Shown here one piece after another: positions 15,404 through 24,212 of a stretch of 33,883 bases of DNA. Below the pieces are notes generated by a model. It was not told where the DNA came from, ran no database searches, and saw only the letters and a program-made list of their open reading frames with translations. The position numbers were made by a program, and so were the translations under genes. This stretch comes from an uncultured bacterium (lineage in GTDB: Bacteria; Patescibacteriota; Gracilibacteria; UBA4473): NCBI GenBank assembly GCA_947311285.1, contig CAMZKS010000101.1, positions 1 through 33,883 of the forward strand, written 5' to 3'. How positions within the stretch are numbered: the first letter of the stretch is position 1; every line of letters starts with the position of its first letter.

Positions 15404-17218
15404 TTACTCCCACTCAATGGTCCCAGGTGGTTTACTGGTTACGTCTAAGAATACCGCGCTAATAGATTTATCCTTTAAAATTTGGGTGGAAACTTCATTA
15501 AGGAATGCCCAAGAAAGCTTCCCAACAGTGGCACTCATAGCATCAATCGAATCAATTGGTCGCAGAATAATAGATTCCTTTCCGGTGTTATTAAAACTAA
15601 GAGGGGCTAGTACCACAGGGAATTGCCAGACATCATTATAGACTCCCATTTTATGCATAGTTGTGGTTACGATGTGGTCGGCTCGTTGTAGACGCTCGAC
15701 TCGCTCATTGTTAACATCAGACTGAATTACTTTAGTGCTATTCACTCTACCGATGTAGTTATGACCTAGGATTTTTACACATCGATTAATATCAGTGTAA
15801 TGATTAATCAACTTGGTTGCCAAGACTTCAAGCGCGCCTAAGTCGGTTTCATCTACGGTAATTAAGCCCGGATGCTTGTAGGTTCTAAAGTCACCCTGAA
15901 CGCCCACTGATTTAAGCGGTAAAATCTCAAACGGTTTTTTGTTTCGTTGTAATTTAAAAGCATTGACGTCTTGCTCAAAAATGTCTTCGGTCGTTTTTTT
16001 GGCGCATAAAATACGCACGCCTAGTCCTGGACCAGGGAAAGGATGTCGCCATACGAGCTCATGTGGGAGTCCCATTAGCTCCCCTAAGGCGCGAACTTCA
16101 TCTTTATATAAATCAGCTAACGGTTCAATAACCAAGCCAGCATCAATCATTTTTTGAATTTCTGGTACTCGATTGTGATGGGTTTTAATAGTGTCGGCAT
16201 TTTTGGTGCCGCCCGTTTCAATGGTGTCAGGGTAAATAGTCCCTTGAGCCAATACGGTGTTTTTGTCTAAATCGTTATGGGCAAAGAACGCTTTTTGTAC
16301 ATCTATAAAAGTGTTTCCAATAATTTTTCTTTTTTCTTCTGGATTATGAACGCCTTTTAGGTTGCCAATAAATCGATCGGCTTCATCCATTACCGTTAGT
16401 TTTGTACCAATAGCCTTAATAGCCTTTTCTACATATTCTCGCTCGCCTTGCCGCAGCAATCCGTTATCGACAAATAAACCTTGTACTCGCTCTGGCCCAA
16501 GAACCTTGCTTAGTAAGGCAAAGGCGACGGTGGAATCTACGCCGCCAGAGACAAAAAGAACAATATTACGATCGCCGACTTCGGCCTTAAGCTTGGCTTG
16601 GTGTTCTTCATAGAACTTCTCAATCGTCCAATCACGACTGACCACGCAAATATCTAAAAAGTTTTTCAATAACTGGTTTCCATGTTCGGAATGTGTTACT
16701 TCTGGATGAAATTGAATACCAAATAATTTCTTTTCTGGATGCCAAGCGGCGGCGTTCATACATAAAGAAGTGTCTCCGCAGCCTTTAAATCCATTGCCCA
16801 TAGTTTCGACTTCATCACCGTGGCTCATCCAAAAAGGAGAGGTTGTGGGAATATTTTTAAATAACGGACACTTGTTGTCGTGTGTTAAATCTGCTCGACC
16901 AAACTCTTTGCCTTTTTCATGTCCAGGAACTACTTTCCCCCCTAGCGATTGATTCATGTATTGGTGACCGTAGCAAATACCTAGTACGGGCTTGCCCAAG
17001 TTGAATATTTTAGGATCACAATGAGCACTACCCTCGTCGTAGACACTTTGTGGGCCTCCAGAGAGAATAATTCCCTTGATGTTTTTGCTTTCAAGAAAAG
17101 CTAAATCAACTTCGTCAGGCTGGTGAATTTCAGCTAACACTTGTTCACGCCTAATTCGGCTGGCGATTAAATGTGCGTACTGGCCACCAAAGTCGAGAAT
17201 AACAATCTTTTCGTACAT
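15404..17218 (-). CDS. guaA: GMP synthase (glutamine-hydrolysing), long form
   Basis: 604 aa. It has an N-terminal class I GATase (GICYGHQ, FHPE), the ATP-PPase P-loop SGGVDSTV, and the C-terminal KPPGTIEWE. It is about 80 aa longer than typical bacterial GuaA in the C-terminal dimerisation region. Confidence 0.95.
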   Translation of the reverse strand: MYEKIVILDFGGQYAHLIASRIRREQVLAEIHQPDEVDLAFLESKNIKGIILSGGPQSVYDEGSAHCDPKIFNLGKPVLGICYGHQYMNQSLGGKVVPGHEKGKEFGRADLTHDNKCPLFKNIPTTSPFWMSHGDEVETMGNGFKGCGDTSLCMNAAAWHPEKKLFGIQFHPEVTHSEHGNQLLKNFLDICVVSRDWTIEKFYEEHQAKLKAEVGDRNIVLFVSGGVDSTVAFALLSKVLGPERVQGLFVDNGLLRQGEREYVEKAIKAIGTKLTVMDEADRFIGNLKGVHNPEEKRKIIGNTFIDVQKAFFAHNDLDKNTVLAQGTIYPDTIETGGTKNADTIKTHHNRVPEIQKMIDAGLVIEPLADLYKDEVRALGELMGLPHELVWRHPFPGPGLGVRILCAKKTTEDIFEQDVNAFKLQRNKKPFEILPLKSVGVQGDFRTYKHPGLITVDETDLGALEVLATKLINHYTDINRCVKILGHNYIGRVNSTKVIQSDVNNERVERLQRADHIVTTTMHKMGVYNDVWQFPVVLAPLSFNNTGKESIILRPIDSIDAMSATVGKLSWAFLNEVSTQILKDKSISAVFLDVTSKPPGTIEWE

Positions 17219-17297
17219 GAATTAAGGTTAGCGATTTTTAATTTTTTTGAAAGATCGGCTTTGATGATTTAAGGATGAACCTTATAAATTAAAGAGT

Positions 17298-18299
17298 TTA
17301 ATTAAATGTTAATCGAAAATCGTCGCCTATTTTGCACCATTGTTGTAATTTAAACTGAGCTAGATCTACGTTTTTTACGAAACTGGGTTTGGCAGTATTG
17401 CCACAAATTATTGGTGCGGTGAAAATTTCAATTTGATTTGCGAGACCGGTCTTGATTAACGCTGTATTCAGTGTGCCGCCGCATTCAGTTAAAATTGAGG
17501 CTAAGTTTTGCTGTTGGCAGTAAGAAACTAAATCTTCTAGTTTCTGAACAAAGTGTACTTTTCTGTTGGTGACAGAAAATAGCCGAGCCGTGCTAGGAAT
17601 TTCTCTACTACCAATAACAATAACGTCTGGCGCAGAAACAGGGTGTAATAAGTTGTTTGCATGACGAACGTCAAATAAGGGGTTATCTTCCAATACGGTT
17701 TGGGTGCTAGTGAGGATGGCTTGATGCGTAGCTCTTAAATTATGAACTTTTTTTTGAGTGAGAGCTCCTGTGATTTTTCTGTTTCCACTTTCATACATTA
17801 TTTGTGCAGGAGTAATTTTTCCGTCCAAGCTTTGCGCTATTTTTAAGGTTGAAAATGGTTCTTTTTGTGTAATCCAGGTTTTAAACCAAGGGTTTAGTAA
17901 TTCGTGATGCTTAGTTTTTAGCACACTTACTTTAATGCCAGCGGCTTCAAGTTGATTAATGCCTTGTGCTGGAAAGTGAGGATCAAGTGAGCCGATAACC
18001 ACCCTCTCAGGCTTAACTTTTAAAAGTAAGTCTGTGCAAGCCGGCGTTTTTTTACCAATACCTTTAACGCACGGCTCAAGCGTGATATAAATAGTGGCTG
18101 TTTTTAAATCTGAATTTGTTAGGCCTTTCAAAGCGTTGACTTCTGCATGAGCCTCACCAAAAAATTTGTGAGCACCAGTGGCAACGATCTCGTTTTCTAT
18201 CATCACGACACAGCCCACTCGGGGATTGCTTTTGGTGTTATGTGGATTGATCGCTGCGGCGGATTTGGCTGCGATATCCATTAATTCTAAATCATTCAT
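17298..18299 (-). CDS. ribD: Bifunctional riboflavin biosynthesis deaminase/reductase RibD
   Basis: 333 aa. The N-terminal CMP/dCMP-type deaminase motifs are HAEVNAL and a PC..(x)..C zinc site. The C-terminal RibD reductase domain shows (KIAQSLDGKI, ECGGTL). Confidence 0.85.
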   Translation of the reverse strand: MNDLELMDIAAKSAAAINPHNTKSNPRVGCVVMIENEIVATGAHKFFGEAHAEVNALKGLTNSDLKTATIYITLEPCVKGIGKKTPACTDLLLKVKPERVVIGSLDPHFPAQGINQLEAAGIKVSVLKTKHHELLNPWFKTWITQKEPFSTLKIAQSLDGKITPAQIMYESGNRKITGALTQKKVHNLRATHQAILTSTQTVLEDNPLFDVRHANNLLHPVSAPDVIVIGSREIPSTARLFSVTNRKVHFVQKLEDLVSYCQQQNLASILTECGGTLNTALIKTGLANQIEIFTAPIICGNTAKPSFVKNVDLAQFKLQQWCKIGDDFRLTFN

Positions 18300-18301
18300 G
18301 A

Positions 18302-21300
18302 TTAGTATTGAATACTATCAGAATCGACTTTTTTGAAATCAGCTTCGCCTTTAGCCTTTGTATAAAGCTGAATATCAACTTCACCACGAAGACTTAATGA
18401 GGGTACAAATATGTATTTAAATTTGTTTATGTTCGTCCAAGTTTCTTGATATAAAATATTTTCCGGTTGTGAAACGATTACTTGAGCGGCCTCAATTTCG
18501 GCAAAATTTGGAAGTGCAAACTCGAGTGATAGCGTCCGAAAGTTCTTATTTATTTCACTAATATGTGGAGTATCAACTTCTGAAAATGTTTCTCGGCTAA
18601 CGGTAATTGGGATTGATTTTTCAGATTTTAGTCCTGCCTTGTTTTCAGCTTTAATGGTTAGTGTATGACGCCCCATTCTTTCTGGGACGACGAAGTTTAT
18701 GACATACGGTTTTGTATCTTTAAAGCCAAGACTCTGGTCGTCGAGTAAGAATTCAACGGTATCAATGGCAGAGCTTGCAATTTGAGCTACTACTTGTGCG
18801 TTTGCGTTGATGGAAAAGGCTTGATTGGCTCGTGGACCAAGGAAGATTATATCCGGTGCGCCGTTATAGCTGACCCCACTACTAGAAGACGTATTGCTGA
18901 TATTTGTGGTAGTTTGTCTTGCAACCGTAACTTCCACCGTTGCGACCGCCGAGCGAAAATCACGACTGGCGGCAACGGCTTTTATTTCGTGTGTAGTGCC
19001 TAGACGTGAGCTACTTGGAACGCTGAATTTGCCAACAAACGGTGCGCGCACGGCCGTGTAAATCAAGCGGTCGTCCCAAAAGTAAGAAACTTCGGTAATA
19101 TCGGTATTACGACTAAAGTTGACTTCAACTTCAACGCGTCCGGGGCTAATGCTTTTGGTTGGTTTGATAATTTTAAAATTAAAATCACCGAAAGATTGAG
19201 GGGTTCCAGCACTTATTATTTGTGTCCAATCGGCTTTTGTGCCCGTAAGTTTTGCTTGGTTTTCTAGTTCGCGCCAGCGACGTTGTAGCTTAACGGGTAA
19301 ATCGGCTAAGAACTCAACAGGCACTTGCCAGTTAGTATCTGTTTTTATTGTATTTTCTGGGTCTTCAGCTTTTTCGGGGTCCATAATAGCTCCCAGAGAA
19401 TTCATAAAAATTGGATGATTTTTAATCCACTCTAATACAGGTTCTCTCCAATTTGCATCTTTTTTTAAAGGTTTGAGTGGTAGGTAATTAATTTTACGAA
19501 CGGCAAATTGGGGCGTTTCATCCGTGGCATCCTCACCGGTGAAAATATTGATACTTTTAACTTCAACCTCCGTATCAAACTCAGTCGGTAAAGCGTAGTT
19601 TGGAAAGACCTCCGTCACTCGTAAATGCTCTGGGGTAATGTTGGTGGCTCGTTTGCCTGTTAAGCGATTGACTTCAACCGCAGTGAGAGGTGTCGGCTCC
19701 GTGTATTTCTTTTCTGGATTAGCTCCATTATGGATTAATATTTGATGGGCGTTATCCATAAAATTTTTCCAAACAGGGGCTGCTACGGTTAAGCCTGTAG
19801 CACCAGATTTCATGGGTTTTCCTCGATTATTTCCCACCCAAACTCCAGCTACTAAATGAGGGGTAAAGCCAATGGTCCAAGAGTCTCCAGGTACAGCCGT
19901 GAACTTTCGGTTTGAGTCTGATTCGCTTTCTTGGGCATTAAAGGTCGGATTAGGAATTACTCGATTTGAAGTTCCTGTTTTTGCACCACTATTAAACTCT
20001 GGAGCCAGTTCTAAAAAAGTGTTCCACGCAAATCCATCAGTGACAGGACGACTTGTTTCATCGGTTAAAATGTTTCGCACCAAGGCGGCAATCTGAGAGT
20101 CTATTCCTTTGTGTTTATTTGCTTTTGGATCGATTTTTTCTAATACCTGCCCAGACGCATTTCTGATTTCTAAAATAGAGACAGGGTCGTTAATAGTTCC
20201 ATCACCCGCAAAAGCTTGGAAAGAGGCTATGTGGGCTAAGGGTTGAACCTCAGCCACTCCAACGCCAATAGCGACACCATGAGTGTCAGCGTTGCCTTCA
20301 TAAGGGATGTTAAGTTGATCTGCCACCTCAAGCACCTTTTTAGCGGTGGCTAATACCGCCAGCTTAATAGACGGAATATTCAGGCTTTGATTCAGTGATG
20401 CACGTGCTGAAACTGGGCCTTGGAATTTTTCATTAAAGTTGTTTGGAGTATAGCCTGCCCCGAAGTTTGTTTTAACGTCAAACAATACGGTGGCTGGTGA
20501 ATACCCGGCCATGAAGGCTGCGGCATAAACGAGGGGCTTAAAGCTGGATCCCGGTTGTCGGCGAGAAGTTAAAACGTCCACTTGTCCGTCAGTTTCTGTG
20601 TCAAACCAATCTTTCCCTCCTACGTAGGCTAAAATTTCACCGTTATCAGGGTTAATGGCAGCCATGGCTACATTTTCGGCACCATAAATATTTTCGTATC
20701 CTTCGGTTTTAATTTTGATAGTTGATTCGGCTTGAGCTTGAAGTTCTGGGTCAAGAGTTGTGTAAATTCGCAAACCACCTTGGCTTAAGAACTCTTGTCC
20801 ATATTTAGCTTCTACCTGTTCACGTACATAAAATACAAAGTGTGGAGCTATAATATCTGTTACGCCACGCCTAAATTCAATATTATTAGCCTCACTCCAA
20901 GCGTGATAAAACTGATCGGCACTTATTATTTTTAAATCAAGCATTCGCTGTAGAACCAAGTCTTTTCGGCCTTTTTTATACACTTTTAATTTCCCTGCAT
21001 TTTCATCTTTATCACTTAATTCCTCCGCTACAGAATCGCTGTTAGTAATTTCTGTTGGCAGAGAGCCAGGTGTCTCGGCAGCGCGAGCTTCGGCCTCAGT
21101 GCTGTAATTTTCATACTCGTAAAACCCCATTAATAGGTCTCGATTAGAACCGTAAGGACTAAATCTGGTTGGGGCTGCGGGAATGCTGGCTAAGATACTA
21201 GCTTCAGCAATAGTTAGATCTCGAGCGGATTTCCCAAAATAGGTTCGGGCTGCGGCTTCAATTCCAAAAGCATTATTGCCGTAAGGAATTTTATTTAAAT

Positions 21301-21883
21301 AGAGTTCTAAAATTTCATCTTTACTGTAGTGCCATTCAAGTTTTACCGAGAGTAATAGTTCTTTGAATTTACGAGTATAGGATCGTTCAGAACTTAAAAA
21401 TACTTGTTTCGCGAGTTGTTGAGTAATAGTGGATCCACCTCGTTTAGATCCAATTCCAAAGGCTTCGTGCAAAAACACTTTTATTAAGGCAGGAGCATCA
21501 AATCCAAAGTGGTTGTAAAACTGATCATCTTCAATGGCCATAGTAGCCTTTGGTACCCACGGTGAAATTTCTTTTAAAGAGATATAATCGCGATTTTCGT
21601 CACCATGAATAACATACAAAATATGTTCTTCTTGTTTAGCACCGGGCAGCAATGCACCTCGATCGTATATAATCGTTGATTCCGAAAATTTGAGTTCAGC
21701 GGCATCTTTTACATCTGGCAGGAAAATGGCCCCATAAACAAATAAGAAAACAGTAAAAGCAATGCCCAAGAACAAAAAACGCTTGGTCCATTTGAATTTT
21801 TTAACAAGCTTCGGTTTGTCGGTCTGCCAGAATTTGAATTTAGACCAAAGGCTTTGCCGGCGACGAAACTTATTTATACGCAT
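18302..21883 (-). CDS. Class A penicillin-binding protein (GT51 transglycosylase plus transpeptidase) with ~470-aa C-terminal Ig-like extension
   Basis: 1193 aa with an N-terminal TM anchor. GT51 motifs are EDDQFYNHFG and RGGSTITQQLAK. Transpeptidase motifs are SSFKP, SLN and KTGTS. Residues ~720-1193 have no catalytic motifs but contain repeated beta-rich modules. Confidence 0.92.
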   Translation of the reverse strand: MRINKFRRRQSLWSKFKFWQTDKPKLVKKFKWTKRFLFLGIAFTVFLFVYGAIFLPDVKDAAELKFSESTIIYDRGALLPGAKQEEHILYVIHGDENRDYISLKEISPWVPKATMAIEDDQFYNHFGFDAPALIKVFLHEAFGIGSKRGGSTITQQLAKQVFLSSERSYTRKFKELLLSVKLEWHYSKDEILELYLNKIPYGNNAFGIEAAARTYFGKSARDLTIAEASILASIPAAPTRFSPYGSNRDLLMGFYEYENYSTEAEARAAETPGSLPTEITNSDSVAEELSDKDENAGKLKVYKKGRKDLVLQRMLDLKIISADQFYHAWSEANNIEFRRGVTDIIAPHFVFYVREQVEAKYGQEFLSQGGLRIYTTLDPELQAQAESTIKIKTEGYENIYGAENVAMAAINPDNGEILAYVGGKDWFDTETDGQVDVLTSRRQPGSSFKPLVYAAAFMAGYSPATVLFDVKTNFGAGYTPNNFNEKFQGPVSARASLNQSLNIPSIKLAVLATAKKVLEVADQLNIPYEGNADTHGVAIGVGVAEVQPLAHIASFQAFAGDGTINDPVSILEIRNASGQVLEKIDPKANKHKGIDSQIAALVRNILTDETSRPVTDGFAWNTFLELAPEFNSGAKTGTSNRVIPNPTFNAQESESDSNRKFTAVPGDSWTIGFTPHLVAGVWVGNNRGKPMKSGATGLTVAAPVWKNFMDNAHQILIHNGANPEKKYTEPTPLTAVEVNRLTGKRATNITPEHLRVTEVFPNYALPTEFDTEVEVKSINIFTGEDATDETPQFAVRKINYLPLKPLKKDANWREPVLEWIKNHPIFMNSLGAIMDPEKAEDPENTIKTDTNWQVPVEFLADLPVKLQRRWRELENQAKLTGTKADWTQIISAGTPQSFGDFNFKIIKPTKSISPGRVEVEVNFSRNTDITEVSYFWDDRLIYTAVRAPFVGKFSVPSSSRLGTTHEIKAVAASRDFRSAVATVEVTVARQTTTNISNTSSSSGVSYNGAPDIIFLGPRANQAFSINANAQVVAQIASSAIDTVEFLLDDQSLGFKDTKPYVINFVVPERMGRHTLTIKAENKAGLKSEKSIPITVSRETFSEVDTPHISEINKNFRTLSLEFALPNFAEIEAAQVIVSQPENILYQETWTNINKFKYIFVPSLSLRGEVDIQLYTKAKGEADFKKVDSDSIQY

Positions 21884-22003
21884 GCATAGAAAGGTTTACT
21901 TGAATTTTGTGGGAATTCAACTTTGCCTAACGTGTTTATCTCTGATTTTGTGACTTTTAAGCTTCGATTGAAACCTCTTTAAATTTGTTTAAGGTAGGCC
22001 TTG

Positions 22004-22639
22004 ATGAAAATATCACCCTCAATTCTCGATGCTAATTTTGGTGCTTTGCAATCAGATTTAGAGTCCATTAAAATGGCAGACCGTATTCACTTAGATGTGA
22101 TGGACGGCCAATATGTACCGAATTTAAGCTTCGGTCCACCCGTATTAAAAAATCTAGAATACCCAGTGGAATATGAAGTGCATTTAATGGCGAACAATCC
22201 AGAACGATTTATTGATTTGTTCTGCGATATGGGTGTGATGACATTTACGTTTCATATTGAAACAGTAGATGAGGCTAAAGCTTTAGAGCTTTTTAAAGAG
22301 ATTAAAAGTCGAGGTGTAAAAGCGGGGATTTGTATTGATGGTGCGACGAGTCCAGAGGCCTTAAGCAGTAAAATTTTAGCTGAGGCAGATCAAATTCTAG
22401 TGATGTCTGTTCAGGCTGGGTTTGGCGGACAACGTTTTATGACGGAATCGGTCAATAAAATTAAATCACTAAGAGCTAGGGGCTTTGCCGGCGAGATTGA
22501 AGTTGATGGCGGTGTTAATTTAGACAACGTTAAAAGCTTGGCGGATGCCGGTGCAGATATTGTGGTGGTTGGAAGCGCTTTGATGAGGCAAGCAACCGAG
22601 GTGCGAGGCGAAGTTATTAAGCTATTTCAACAAGCTTGA
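22004..22639 (+). CDS. rpe: Ribulose-phosphate 3-epimerase
   Basis: MKISPSILDANFGALQSDL...HLDVMDGQYVPNLSFG...VDGGVN are canonical Rpe motifs. The ORF track starts at TTG 22001, but ATG 22004 is more likely. Confidence 0.93.
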   Translation: MKISPSILDANFGALQSDLESIKMADRIHLDVMDGQYVPNLSFGPPVLKNLEYPVEYEVHLMANNPERFIDLFCDMGVMTFTFHIETVDEAKALELFKEIKSRGVKAGICIDGATSPEALSSKILAEADQILVMSVQAGFGGQRFMTESVNKIKSLRARGFAGEIEVDGGVNLDNVKSLADAGADIVVVGSALMRQATEVRGEVIKLFQQA

Positions 22640-22684
22640 TTCTTAAATTTCAAATACCTACCTTATTAATAAATATAAAAGACT

Positions 22685-23257
22685 ATGACCAAAAAACTTA
22701 TAATCGTATGCGGGCATCCAGAAGAAGAGAGTTTAGCCGGTGCAAATGCGAAGGCCTTAGAAAAGGCGGCAAAGGCCCAAGAAGTTGAGGTTGAGCAAAT
22801 GAGAACTACTGATTTTCCGTGGATAGAGTGTGATCCGGCTAGAAACCCTGATAAGGCCCCAAAAGAATTTTGTGCCGTATCAGAAAAGCTTGCTCAAGCT
22901 GAATTTGTGGCGTTTGTCGTCCCTTTTTGGAATTTTGGAGTAACACCAACGTTATCAAATTTTCTATTAGGAATTTGTAAGCCAGGAATATTTTTCAACT
23001 TTAAATCAGGCGGTGGGCTTGAAAAATTACTTAAGACAGAAAAAGTGATTGTAGTCTGGACGAGTGGTGGCCCTGCGTGGGTGTATAAATACCTAATAGG
23101 GAACCCTTTGTATTCGCAGGTGAAAAGTTTATTTAAATTTTGTGGGGCGAAGAGAGTACAACAATTATCACTCGGAAATATTCACGGAAGTGGTTCAGAC
23201 AAAGAAAAAGCGAGTATTGCACAGTTTCTGAGAAAACTTGAGAATTATAAATTTTAA
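22685..23257 (+). CDS. Flavodoxin-like fold NAD(P)H-dependent oxidoreductase (Flavodoxin_2 / quinone reductase-like)
   Basis: 190 aa. The N-terminal KLIIVCGHPEEESL and the VVPFWNFGVTPTLSNFL segment resemble the MdaB/KefF/AzoR-type fold. The specific function is unknown. Confidence 0.6.
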   Translation: MTKKLIIVCGHPEEESLAGANAKALEKAAKAQEVEVEQMRTTDFPWIECDPARNPDKAPKEFCAVSEKLAQAEFVAFVVPFWNFGVTPTLSNFLLGICKPGIFFNFKSGGGLEKLLKTEKVIVVWTSGGPAWVYKYLIGNPLYSQVKSLFKFCGAKRVQQLSLGNIHGSGSDKEKASIAQFLRKLENYKF

Positions 23258-23259
23258 AA

Positions 23260-23847
23260 ATGTTCACCGGAATTATTGAGCAGGTGGGCACAATTAAGTC
23301 TATTGTAGAAAATAGGTTTGTTATAAGTCATAGTTATGACGAATCTTTTGAGTTGGGGGAATCTGTCGCCTTGAATGGCATGTGTGCGACGGTCGTGAAC
23401 TCCACTAAAAATTCTGCAGAAGTTGATATTATCCAGGAGTCTCGAAAACTAACTACCTTTGGAACGGCGAAGATAGGAGATTTAATAAACCTAGAGCGAG
23501 CGGCTAAAATTGGACAAAGAAATTCAGGGCACAATGTGACCGGACATATTGATGAAGTGGGTAAAATCTTAAAGCTTGATTGGGTGGAAGATTTTTGGCT
23601 CGTACGAGTACAAGTAAAACCATCGCATCGGGCGTGGTTGGTGCACAAAGGCTCCGTGGCACTAGAAGGCATATCTTTAACGGTTAGTGGGGTGAGTGAA
23701 TTAAGGGCTGATAAGTCGTGGTTTGAAGTTTCTATTATTCCACACACGTGGGAAAATACGACGTTTAAGTCACGAGCGATTAATGAGGGTGTGAATATCG
23801 AATTCGATGTTTTGGGGAAGTACGCGTTGAATCAAGTTGCGGCATGA
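23260..23847 (+). CDS. ribE: Riboflavin synthase (alpha chain)
   Basis: 195 aa. MFTGIIEQVGTI..., GESVALNGMCATVV and GSVALEGISLTV show the duplicated lumazine-binding repeats. Confidence 0.93.
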   Translation: MFTGIIEQVGTIKSIVENRFVISHSYDESFELGESVALNGMCATVVNSTKNSAEVDIIQESRKLTTFGTAKIGDLINLERAAKIGQRNSGHNVTGHIDEVGKILKLDWVEDFWLVRVQVKPSHRAWLVHKGSVALEGISLTVSGVSELRADKSWFEVSIIPHTWENTTFKSRAINEGVNIEFDVLGKYALNQVAA

Positions 23848-24203
23848 GAAACAAACAAAAGACCGTCATCCTCCGCAGGGAGGATCTGATAACAGAGAAA
23901 GATAAGACTGGATTCTCGCTACCGAGAATGACAGCGTTTGTGTTTAACGTGTTATTATGGCCCGATAGAGTTTTAGCGACTTTGACGATTAAACTCATTA
24001 AAATCTATCAAGCCACGCTTTCACCAGATCACTCTGTAAATGGTATTGGTGATCCGTTAAAAGGTTGTAAATTTTACCCCAGTTGTTCGAACTATGGTGT
24101 TGAGGTGCTTAAAAAATACGGATTCGTGTTTGGTGTGCCAAAAATCATATGGCGCATTTTTCGCTGTCATCCCTGGAGTTCTGGCGGCATTGATCATCCT
24201 TAA
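23844..24203 (+). CDS. yidD: Membrane protein insertion efficiency factor YidD (start uncertain)
   Basis: The C-terminal 85 aa carry the YidD signature YQATLSP...CKFYPSCSNYGVEVLKKYGF..G....WRIFRCHPWSSGGIDHP. The longest ORF overlaps the ribE stop (ATGA), but ATG 23928 gives a normal-length YidD. Confidence 0.85.
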   Translation: MRNKQKTVILRREDLITEKDKTGFSLPRMTAFVFNVLLWPDRVLATLTIKLIKIYQATLSPDHSVNGIGDPLKGCKFYPSCSNYGVEVLKKYGFVFGVPKIIWRIFRCHPWSSGGIDHP

Positions 24204-24212
24204 GTAGATCTT

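Noticed and set aside
15270-15641. 123-aa + strand ORF spanning the tuf-guaA intergenic region and the guaA 3' end
   Set aside because: Most of it is antisense to the conserved guaA C-terminus (KPPGTIEWE). The intergenic part is better explained by the tuf promoter and the guaA terminator on the - strand.
22640-22684. FMN riboswitch upstream of the flavodoxin-ribE pair or of ribD
   Set aside because: The available non-coding sequence (45 nt here, 2 nt before ribD) is far too short for a ~140-nt RFN element. No RFN core sequence was seen.
23334-23998. Minus-strand ORFs 23334-23747 and 23780-23998 inside ribE and yidD
   Set aside because: They are shadows of well-supported + strand genes, and their translations have no recognisable features.
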